From the NCBI RefSeq assembly GCF_963921235.1, contig NC_086097.1, forward strand, positions 191,768,001 to 191,832,000: a stretch of 64,000 nt of DNA, given 5' to 3'. Below are positions 53,309 to 64,000 of this stretch, piece after piece. The stretch is from Mobula hypostoma (taxonomy: Eukaryota). The notes below the pieces were generated by a model. That model made no database searches. It was not told where the DNA came from and worked only from the letters and a program-made list of their open reading frames with translations. The number at the start of each line of letters is the position of its first letter. Position 1 is the first letter of the stretch. The position numbers and the translations under genes are program-made.

Positions 53309-54134
53309 CTATATGTTATGAAAGAACAAATTTTTCTAGTCCATCACAGTCAATAGTTAATTTTTAAAATATACATTCATGATGACTTAATTACTGAAGT
53401 CTAGAATTAAATTTCACAATATTTTAATATATGTTCAATAAAAATGTCACACCTCAAATTTTTTCCCAATATTGACAAATTTTCTTTTTAATTTAAAAAA
53501 ATGTTAAGCTTCAATTATCTTGTAATCACCTGAATTATTTACTAAATATTTTGCAATAAATTTTAATGAACTGTCAATCCATATAATTTAAAGTTTTGCA
53601 AATCATAAAATCAAGTGGATTGGTCGAGGGGGGGGTTTAAAATAAAAGTAATACACAGGCTAAACACCACTGTATTCTCATAAAAATTACATCTTTTATC
53701 TCTTTATGGCTTTTTAGTTGCCATCTGTTGGTTTTTAAAAGCTTACCTATCCTCTAACTTCCCACTAATTTCTGCTCTATTATGCGCCTTCTTAGACCAG
53801 GCGAGATACGTGGAAGCATTTACAGCATTGTGTCCAAGTTCGGCTGGGATCTAGTCTCCTCTGTTAGTGCTGCCCTCCTGTGTTCGAGCAGTGGAATGAC
53901 AGGCTGGATTGCGTGCATCTATCTACTACACACTTCCAGGGGACTGTACCATTGATTGCCAGACATTATCGCTCTTGGTCTTGGACTATATATGTGTTTT
54001 TTTTGAGTGAGTATGTTTCTTTGCTCACTATTTGTGATTAAGTTACTTATTATTTTTGAATGTTTGCTTGTGATTTTGAATGTTTTGCACCTTGGCCAGA
54101 ACTATGCTGTCTCATTCAGCTGTATCTATGTATA

Positions 54135-55710
54135 GATCATAGGACAGAGACATAGGAGCAGAACTAGGCCACTCAGCCTATTGAGTCTACTCTGCCATTC
54201 CATCATGGCTGATCCTGGATCTTTGATCCCACTCAACCCCATATACCTGCCATCTGGCCATATCCTCCTGACCAATCAGAAAATGATCAAATTTGGCCTT
54301 AATTATACCCACAAACTTGGCCTCCACTTCTGTCTGTGGCAGAGCATTCCACCGATTCAGCTAAAAAAATTCCTCCTTACCTCTGTTCTAAAAGGTCACC
54401 CCTCAATTTTGAGGCTGTGCCCTTTAGTCCTGAATATTCCCACCATAGGAAACATCCTCTCCACATCCACATTATCTAGTCATTTCAACACTCGGTAGGT
54501 TTCAACGAGATCCCCCACATTCTTCTAAGTTCCAGTGAGTACAGGCACAAAGCTGCCAAACGCTCCTCATATGTTAAGCCTTCAGGAATCATCCTTGTGA
54601 ACCTCCTCTGGACTCTCTCCAATTGCAACACAATCTCTCTGAGATATGGGGCCCAAAACTGCTGACGCTACTTGAGGTACGGCCTGACTAGTGTCTTATA
54701 AAGGCTCAGCATTATCTCCTTGCTTTTATATTCTATTCCTCCTGAAATAAATGCCAACAGTGCATTTGCCTTCTTTACCACAGACTCAACCTGTAAATTA
54801 ACCTCTGGGAGTCTTGCACAAGGACCCCGAAGCCCCTCTGCAACCTTCTCCCCATTTAGATAACAGCCTGCACCGTTGTTCCTTTTCCCAAAATGCATTA
54901 TCATACATTTCCCAACACTGAGTTCCATCTGCCACTTCTTTGCCCATTCTTCCAATTTGGATAAGTCCTGCTGCAATCGCATTGCTTCCTCAGCACTACT
55001 TACGTATCTTCATATCATCTGCAAACTTTGCCATAAAGCCTTCAATTCCATTATCCAAATAACTGAAAAACAATGTGAACATTAGCAAATGTGAAAACTG
55101 ACCCGAGGAACACCACTAGTCACTGGCAGCCAACCAAAAGAGCCCCCTTATATTCCCACTCACTGCTGCCTGCCTGTCAGCCATTCCTCTATCCATGCCA
55201 GTAGCCTTCATGTAACGCCATAGGATTTTATCCTGTTCAGCCACCTAATGTGTGGCACCTTATCCAATGTCTTCTGAAAATCTGAGTAAATGACATCCAC
55301 TGTCTCTCCTTTGTTATTTCCTCAAAGATCTCTAACAGATTTCCCAGGCAAGATTTCCCCTCACAGAAACCATGCTGATTTTGACTTATTTTATCATTAG
55401 TCTCTGAGTACCCCAAAACCTCACCCTTAATAACAGACACCAACACTTTCCCAACCACTGAGGTTAGACTAACTGGCTTATAATTTCCTTTCTTTTGTCT
55501 TCCTCCCTTCTTAAGGAGTGGAGTGACACTTGCAATTTTTCAGTCCTCCCCAAAACTTCATCCTTAATAATAGACTACAACACTTTCCCAACCACTGAGG
55601 TTAGACTAAATGGCCTCTAATTTCCTTTCTTTTGTCTTCCTCTTTTCCTAAAGAGTGGAGTGACATTTGCAATTTTCTAGTCCTCCGGGACCATGCCAGA
55701 ATCAAGTGAC
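54135..55710 (-). mobile_element. Decayed CR1 with a ~138-bp internal tandem duplication (about 55411-55548 and 55549-55686)
   Basis: LQQDLSKLEEWAKKWQM, NQHGFCEGKSCL; duplicated ccaaccactgaggttagacta block. Confidence 0.85.
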
Positions 55711-55724
55711 AACCCTCTAGTCAC

Positions 55725-56510
55725 CACTAGTCACAACCCTCCAATCCAAATGTACTCCCTCCACCACGACCCTCTGCCTTCTGCAGGTAAGCCAATTCTG
55801 AATCCACCTGGCCAAACTCCCTGGATTCTATGCCTTCTGACGTTCTGAATAAGCCTACCATGTGGAACCCTGTCAAATGCCTTACTAAAATCCATATAGA
55901 TCACATCCACTGCACTACCCTCATCTATATGCCTGGTCACCTCCTCAAAGAACTCTATCAGGCTTGTTAGACACGATCTGCCCTTCACAAAGCCATGCTG
56001 ACTGTCCCTGATCAGACCATGATTCTCTCAATGCCAACAGATCCTATCTCTAAGAATCTTTTCCATCAGCTTTCCCACCACAGACGTAAGGCTCAATGGT
56101 CTATAATTACCCAGACTATCCCTACAACCTTTTTTGAACAAGGGGACAACAATCGGCTGCCTCCAATCCTCCGGTACTATTCCCATGGACAACGAGGACA
56201 TAAAGATCCTAGCCAGAGGCTCAGCAATCTCTTCCCTCACCTCATGGAGCAGCCTGGGGAATATTCCGTCAGGCCCCGGGGACTTATCCGTCCTAATGTA
56301 TTTTAACAACTCCAACACCTCCTCTCCCTTAATATCAACATGCTCCAGAACATCAACCTCACTCATATTGTCCTTACCATCATCAAGCTCCCTCTCATTG
56401 GTGAATACCAAAGAGAAGTATTCATTGAGGACCTCGCTCACTTCCACAGCCTCCAGGCACATCTTCCCACCTTTATCTCTCATCGGTCCTATCTTCACTC
56501 CTGTCATCCT
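55725..56510 (-). mobile_element. Internal CR1 fragment of the same subfamily as 50281-52454
   Basis: Translation nearly identical to the part of ORF 50334-52208 encoded at about 50685-51468. Confidence 0.9.
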
Positions 56511-56569
56511 TTTGCTCCCATATGATTCCCATAATGTGTTTTTTACCCTTTATGTATAGCTTGAATGAT

Positions 56570-57330
56570 AATTAGACATGACTTGATCTTTGGCAGTTAA
56601 GCTCTTCTTTCAGCCACAACTCGGTGATGCCCACAACATTATACCTGCCAATCTCTAACTGTACTACAAGCACATCTACCTTATTCCATATCCTGCGCAC
56701 ATTCAAATATAACATCTTCAGTCCTGTATTTATCACCCTTTGTGATTTTGTCCACCTGTTACAATGCAACTCATTCCACTGACTGCAATTTTGCCCTATC
56801 ATCTGCTTGTCCTTCCTGATAGTCTCACTAAACACTACTTCTGCTTGTGTACCAACTGCCTTTCCTCAGCCCTATCACGCAGTTTCCAAGCCCCCTTCCA
56901 AATTAGGCTAAACCCTCCCCAACAGCTCTAGCAAACCTGCCTGTAAGGATTATCCCCCTTGGGTTCAGGTGTAACCCATCCATTTTGTACAGGCCATACC
57001 TTCTCCAGAAGAGATCTCAATGACCTAGAAATCTGAAGCCGTGCCCCCTGCACCAGTTCCTCAGACACACATTCATCTGCCAAGTCATCCTATTCTTACC
57101 TTCGCTGGCATGTGGCACAGGCAGAAATCCAGAGATTACTACCCTGGAGGTCCTGCTTTTCAGTTTTCTACCTAGCTCCCTAAATTCTCCCTTCAGGACC
57201 ACCTTTATCCTCCCAATGTCTTTGGCGCCAATGTGTACCAAATCTGTTCCCCCACACCCCCTCCCCATTTAGAATGCTGTGGATTTGATCCGAGACAACC
57301 CTGACCCTGGCACCTGGGAAGGGCACAAAA
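56570..57330 (-). mobile_element. CR1 ORF1 esterase / ORF2 start fragment
   Basis: VHIGAKDIG...LGRKLKSRTSRVVISG (SGNH-type ORF1) followed by LKMLYLNVR. Confidence 0.8.
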
Positions 57331-58029
57331 CTATTCACAATACTCCACATAAGGCCACACCAGTGCCTTATAAAGTCACAGCTAAAGCACATTAACTCTC
57401 CTCCACCTCACCTGCGGCTAATAAAGATTGAAAAATCTGTCAAAACCCCAGCAATCACCTCCCTTATTTCCTCTAGCATTCTAACACAGATCTCAATACA
57501 GCCTTAGGGATTTATCAACTATTATGTATTCCATGACATCTACCACCTCCCCCTTTGTAATAATGACATGCTCCTGTCTATCAGCATCCCTCCCTGAACT
57601 TACTATCCTCCACATTCCTTCTCAGTGGTGATTTACAGATAAGGAGTCATCATTTTGGATCTCACCCATATCCCATTTTCCCCAGATAGATTACCTCTTT
57701 GTTGCCTCAGAGTACCCACACATTCATTAGCTGCTCCTGCTCCTAATACAGAACAACAAAGGGCTTTGCTCAATATTATTTGCCAAAGATATTTAATGGC
57801 CCCTCTTTATCCTTTCTTTCTTTAGTACTCCCTTACACTCTGTATATTCCTCAAGGAACTTGAATGATTCCAATTTCCTATACATGCCATACATTTCCTT
57901 TTTTTTTCACCTGAGCAAACTTTCAATAACTTCTGTCATCCAAAGGTCCCCAATCTTAATACCTTTGCCCTTCACCTTTATCCAATGTGCTGTTTCTGAA
58001 CTCTTGATGACTCTTTCACAATTCTGTCT

Positions 58030-60590
58030 GTTCTGTTTACCAAGAGAGTTCTCCTCAATTATCTTGACAGCAGTTTACATACCACCAGCTGCTGACTATA
58101 ATCAGGCACTCGAGATATTGCGTGATGCTGTCTCCAAACAAGAAGCATTCCATCTCGATGCATTTCAGATCACAACTTCCAGGCTTATTTGAAGAAAACC
58201 CTGCCTAATTACCAACAGCATATAACCTGTAGCATCAGAGGTCCCAACACACTGTTATACTAAGATAAGGAATGTCTACCACAGATCACAAGTCTGTCCT
58301 TCTCCTACCTGCATATCGGCAGAGACCAAAGAGCACAGCTCCAATGATTAGGACTATGAAGAGGTGATCAGAGCAACTACAAGATTACCTTGAGTCAGTG
58401 AACGGGGATATGTTCAATGACTCATCTGAGGATCTGAATGGTTGTCGCGGACTTTATTGAGTGTGTCCCCACAAAACCATTCAGAACTATCCCCCGTCAG
58501 AAACCCTGGATGAACCATGAGACCCATAATCTGCTGAGCGCCAGATCAGGGGCATTCAAGTCTGGTGACCAAGGAAGTTACAAGAATCCAGGTATGTTCT
58601 CCAGAAATCCATGGTCAAAGTGACATTTCCAGACTTAACGTGAATCAACAAATGATGCTCGACAGTTGTGGCAGGGCTTGAATACTATCAACTCTGATAA
58701 AGTTAAAATAAGCGACACCAGAGCTTCACTTCCAGATGAGCTCAATGCCTTTTACACTCGCTTTGACCGTCAAAAAAATGGAGGAACCATCACAAAACGC
58801 CACAACCCCGATGATCCTGTGATTTCAGTCTCCGAGGCCGACATGTGAGCAGCCTTCAGGAGGATGAACTCATGTAAAGCATCTGGCTCAAACAGGGTAC
58901 CTAGCCACTACTAAAGAACTGTGCCGATCCAATGGCCGGAGTGTTCACTGACGTTTCTAACCTCTCGTTTCGGCAGACTGAGTTGCCCACCTGCTTCAAA
59001 CAGGCTTCAATTATACTGGTGCCTAAGAAGAACATGGTAATCTGTCTCAATGACTATCATCCAGTAGCACTTACTGTACATCCACAGTGATGAAGTGTTT
59101 TGAGAGGGTGATGATGAAACATATCAAGTCCTGTCTGAAAAATAACTTGGATCCACTCCAATTTGCCTACTGGTTCAACAGGTCCACAGCAGATGCCATT
59201 TCATTGGTTCTTCACTCACCCTGGAACATCTGGACAGCGAAGATGTATACATCAGGGCGATCTTTTTCGACTACATTCGGCATTCAATACCATTATCTCT
59301 TCAAAACTGATCAACAATCTTCAAAACCTTGGCCTCAACATCTTCTTGTTCAATTGGATTCAGGATTTCATCACTTGCAAAATCCAGTCAGTTCAGACTG
59401 GCAACGACATCTCTTCCATAATCTCCATCAGCACAGGTGCACCACAAGGCTGTGTGCTTAGCCCCCTGCTCTACATTTATAACATATTCATGTTTGATGA
59501 TGACACCGCTCTCATAGGCCAAATCAAAGTTGGTGATGAATCAGCATATAGGAGGGAGAATGGAACTCTGTCTGAGTGGTGCCACAACAACAACCTCCAA
59601 CTCAATGTCAGCAAGACCAAGGAGCTGATTATAGGAGAAGGAAACCAGAGGTCCATGAGCCAGTCCTCATCAGAGGATCAGAGGTGGACAGGGTCAGCAA
59701 CTTTAAATTCCTCGGTGTTATTATTTTAGAGGACATGTCCTGGGTCCAGCAAATAAATGCAATTATGAAGAAAGCATGGCAGCACCTCTATTTCGTTAGG
59801 AGTTTGCAAATATTCTGCATATCATCTAAAACACTGACAAACTTCTATAAATGTGTTTGACAACCTTGCTAACATAGAACCATACAGCACGACAGGCCCT
59901 TCAGGCCAATGTTTGTGCCAACCATGATGCCAATTTAAACTATTCCCTACCTACTAATGTACCTGTCTAAATGCCTACTGGAGAGTACAGTGACTGGCTG
60001 CTTCACAGCCTGGTATGGGAACACCAATGTTTCTGAACAGAAAATCCTACAAAAGTAATGCATATGGCTCAGTACATCATGAGTAAAGACCTCACCACCA
60101 TTAAGCACATCTACAAGAATGCAATCGCAAGAAAGCCGCATCCATCATCAGGGACACTCACCACCTAGGACACTGTCTCTTCTTGCTGCCATCAGGAAGA
60201 AGATACCGGAAGTTCAGAACTCACACTACCAGGTTCAGAAACAGCTATTACCCTTCAACCATCAGGCTCTTGAACCAAAACTTCACTCAACTTCACTTAG
60301 CCCATTATTAAAATGTCCCTACAATCTATGGACTCATTTTCAAGGACTGCTCATCTCATGTTCTCAATGCTTTTTGCTTATTTATTTATTATTATTTCTT
60401 TCTTTTTGTGTTTGCACATTTTTTACCTTTTGTACACTGGTTGAATGCCAAGCAGGTGGGGCCTTTCATTGATTCTGGCTATATTATTATCCTATTGATT
60501 TATTGAGTATGCCCGCAAGACAATGAATCTCAGGGTTGTATATGGTGACACATATATAATTTGATAATAAGTTTACTTTGAACTGTGAAC
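58030..60590 (+). mobile_element. Decayed Rex1/Babar LINE (EN-RT) with a small nested insert at about 59870-59975
   Basis: [37 protein letters not shown], tactttgaac tail. Confidence 0.88.
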
Positions 60591-60599
60591 AAAACTCCA

Positions 60600-61260
60600 T
60601 CGCGTCAGATGACGCTTCACCCTCCAGCATCAGCTCCCAATCTACTTTTGCCAGATATACTTTTTCACCTTTGAAACCAGTTTAGGACCAAAACGTGAGT
60701 ACAAACCTTATCCTTTGCCATAACTATCTCGAAACATAGAATTATAGTTGATCCCAATTTCCAAAGTGTTTCCCAACTAATATTCCCACTACCTGCCTGG
60801 TCTCATTTCTTGACATCAGATCATTTAAGGCCCCCCTCTGGTACGACTATCTATACATTGTTTCAAAGACTATCCGAGATGAACAACAGATTCTGCTGCA
60901 TCTGCACTCTTTCCATAAGGCAACATGAATCAATAAATGGGAAAGTTTAAAACTCCCAATACTATAAACTATTGCTTTTACACCCTTCTGCACTGTGTTA
61001 CATGTCAGTTCTTCTAATTTCATATTGATTGTTGTGAGGTCTATTGTGTAATCCCAAGAATGTCACTCCCTCTCTCTTATTCCTAAATTCTATCCATATG
61101 GTCTCATTGGGTAATCCCTCCAGAATATCCTCCCTACGCACTGTCGAGTTACACTCCCTTATCAGGGTACAGCTATCCCTACTTTCTTGTTCACCTTCCA
61201 TCACATATGAAACTTGTCCAGAACATTAACATGTTTCTCATGCCCTTCACTCAACCACAT
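60600..61260 (-). mobile_element. Very old CR1 endonuclease fragment
   Basis: ETIWIEFRNKRE...LGLHNRPHN remnants. Confidence 0.55.
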
Positions 61261-61322
61261 TTCCAAGATTGCAATAATATTGTAAGGTCAATTTCTTTCT
61301 TCTTATGTTTCAGAATTCTCAC

Positions 61323-61505
61323 CTGGATGTCCAAGAAACTGAAGTATTCTGTGATACCCTCTTGGAGATGGGGGCTTTTCAGATCTGGGGTCCTACATAT
61401 TGGGCAAACTACGTTGACAATACTTTGTTCCTTTATGACCAATGAGAAATATTTCTTAAAACAATTTTCACAGAAAGAACAGTTGCAGTGAGTCATTGTG
61501 ACAAC
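61323..61505 (-). CDS. RNF31: RNF31/HOIP-like exon, RING1 second part (VVTMTHCNCSFCENCFKKYFSLVIKEQSIVNVVCPICRTPDL...YFSFLDIQ)
   Basis: tttaaag / gtgaga splice sites; 183 nt; all-Cys RING1 spacing CxC-xxCxxC...CxxC and YFSxLDIQ as in HOIP. Confidence 0.94.
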
Positions 61506-62484
61506 CTTTAAAAATAAAAGAGTAAGGTTTTAAATTTATGTCATTTATTCAATGAACCACATTTATCTATCTCACACTATTTAAGATAAACTACTGAGAA
61601 ACAGCATTCACACAATATATACATTTTAAATTGAAACGAAGTGAATTACTTTTATGAGTTCCACGATAAATTTTAATAGCAATGACTGCATTTCATTACA
61701 TAGTGTCGGCAAGGATTCAGGTCCAATAGTATAGTGGGGCAAAAGGGAAAATAAACTTTTCAAAAATGTCTGAAGGATGGCAAATGGTGGGTGGTTTGAA
61801 ATGGACAGTTTTATAATGCAGGACATGGGAGCTAGATTAAAGTCCAGAATTTGGTGCGCTAGCTCTTTCTGTTCAATATATTAATTTCTGATCTGAAGAA
61901 AGTTAGAAGCAATATATTCATTAATTTTTGGGGATAATCTCAGATTGTTTGCAAGTATCAGCAACTCAGTCAGAAATAAAATCTCGATTGGGATACAATA
62001 TAGTATTGGGCCCAATGTCCTACTGAATCAGTAAGTGTGAAGAAATGCACAGAGGTTCACAGATGAAAGCCAAAAGGCAGATCAAAGTGACATAAGGGGA
62101 TAAAAAGTTCAAGATCAGTGTCAGAAGGTCATAGGCAAACAGATACCCAAGATGGATTAGTTAGGCCAAAAATGTGGAATTATTTAAAAATTTGTAACTT
62201 TAAAGGAATTTCTAGCATTGTATTGACAAACTGTATACTACCCACTCGGGAGCATTGATGCATAATTAGTATTACCAAATTATGTTGCCAAGTTCTTAAA
62301 AAGCAGATTTTATTCTGCCATAACATAAAACACCAGGTCAGAAATGTAATATTCTGAATCAGTTCTGGCTGAGGTGGAAGTGTAATACTTGGGTCATAAA
62401 TATTGCAAAGTTTAGTGCACTTCACTCCAGCCAAAGGGCAGTCATAAAAGGAGAGATAAAAAAATTCTGCACATTATATCATAC

Positions 62485-62682
62485 CCTGCTAAAGGATACA
62501 CGTTCACTGCAAATGGGACATTCATGAGAGAGATACCGCAAAGCCGATTCATAATTTAAACCAGACTGCACAACTTCCATCACATCCTCAACACAGAAAT
62601 TCTGGTCTTCTGTGCTCAGTAATTGCTGAAAAAGTTCTGATTTTTTCTTTGAAGGGTCAATAGGACTCGGTGGTAATCCTTG
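62485..62682 (-). CDS. RNF31: RNF31/HOIP-like exon, pre-RING helices and RING1 start (QGLPPSPIDPSKKKSELFQQLL...FCVEDVMEVVQSGLNYESALRYLSHECPICSERVSFSR)
   Basis: tttgatag / gtatga splice sites; 198 nt open; EDVMEVV...ECPIC aligns with HOIP GDVVEAV...QECAVC. Confidence 0.9.
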
Positions 62683-62868
62683 CTATCAAATAAAAAAACA
62701 CTTCATGATTAAAAGAAAACATTTCAAACTATCACATAATGCTTTATACCAATGTGCTTCTCCACATTGCATCTGCAAGGCAGTGAGTTGGTGTTAAAAC
62801 CCAATAAACGGAGGTAAACTATAATTCTAGCCCACACGTATCAGTATGTCAATATTCAAAGTACTTAC

Positions 62869-63029
62869 CCAGTTCTGGAGGTTACGTCTCCCATCCACAG
62901 TGGAAATATTTTTACCACTGTCATTTTCAGCCAAAACTCTAGTTTCATCATAAAACTTCAACTCCACAGGAGAAATTTTATTACTATAAGTGAATAAATG
63001 GTGTCGCTGTTGGACAACTCTTTCTGCAA
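62869..63029 (-). CDS. RNF31: Probable further upstream exon of the RNF31-like gene (AERVVQQRHHLFTYSNKISPVELKFYDETRVLAENDSGKNISTVDGRRNLQNW); the gene continues beyond the window
   Basis: Strong T-tract/cag acceptor and gtaagt donor; 161 nt, open in the frame required by the next exon; no recognisable HOIP similarity. Confidence 0.65.
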
Positions 63030-64000
63030 CTGAATAAAAAAAAGAAATAATTTATGCATATTATTGTTCAAACTTATTGTGTAACTTACAGTCTATCCAA
63101 TTTCTAAACTCAAGGTACATTTATTATCTCAGTATGTATACTTTATACAACCTTGGGATTCATCTTCTTACAGACAGCCACAAAACAAAGAAACTCAATA
63201 GAACCCATTAAAACTAACGAAAACCTTCAAACACCCAACATGCAGAAAGAAAAAGCAAAAAAGACATACAAACAATAAAAGTAAGCAAATAGCTTTCAGA
63301 ACTGAAGTTTGCACTGTGATAGTTGCAGGCCACAGCCACAGCTCGGTGCAGAGATGAGTAAATTTTGCGGAGTGAGGAGTTGAAGTTTAGTGTGGAAACA
63401 AGTAAACCTCATGGAGCAGTGACTTGAGCTGGCCCGTGCCTTGACTTGGCCCCAACAGTAAATAGATTAAATTTGATTTCATTTTTCATTAGGTCATTTT
63501 TATTAGAATACATATTTTGTATTCGAAGTCGAGGCGCTTGCAATTCTTACACATACCATATTGCTTTGTGTGTAACATGAGAAAATTTGATCAAAAACAG
63601 AACACAGTATAGAACACTAGAACATGATTGCACTGCCCAGTTTTTCCTAGGCTGAAGCAGGTTTTCATAAAACCCATGAAGAGCTCCAAAAAGCTCTTAC
63701 CACAGTTTCCTTTTCCTAGGTACAGCCTCCACTCTAACCCTGCAGTGGGACTTTTTTAGGCCTTCCACTAATTCACATGACTTAAGCACATCTCCACCCC
63801 AAATCCATACCATGTAGGTGTGACTATGAAACCACCTTGCTATTAGGCCCCCCGATGCCTTGACCTAGACCTCAAAAATCATGATTTCACCCTTTTATCT
63901 TGAAACGGCAACCCTTCATTCACTAGCTCATCTGACCTCCCTACTCCTCATGATCTACCTGGCCTTTGCTAATACTACATCAGCTGCTTTTAGAAAGTAT

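Noticed and set aside
63701..63740. Further upstream RNF31-like exon with a gtaaga donor
   Set aside because: The acceptor is weak and there is no homology or frame support within the window.

Overview
This is vertebrate genomic DNA, and the CR1/Penelope/Rex1/SINE repertoire suggests a cartilaginous fish, probably a ray (inference). Two convergent spliced genes can be read. On + are the last six coding exons of inositol monophosphatase 1 (IMPA1; 30-8076). On - are twelve coding exons (63029-25720) of an RNF31/HOIP-type RBR E3 ligase with intact RING1-IBR-RING2-LDD and all catalytic and zinc-binding residues. Its position next to IMPA1 and its divergent pre-RING1 region suggest a second HOIP paralogue. 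The rest is mostly nested, decayed transposons: many CR1 LINEs, Rex1/Babar LINEs, an RTE-type fragment, Penelope fragments with hammerhead-ribozyme remnants, tRNA SINEs, a Tigger-like MITE, and one full-length but dead sushi-type Ty3/Gypsy chromovirus. That element still shows a self-priming signature and a gag-pol hairpin. Almost all long ORFs in the supplied track are transposon-derived or their antisense shadows. Transposon boundaries are approximate unless a TSD is cited.
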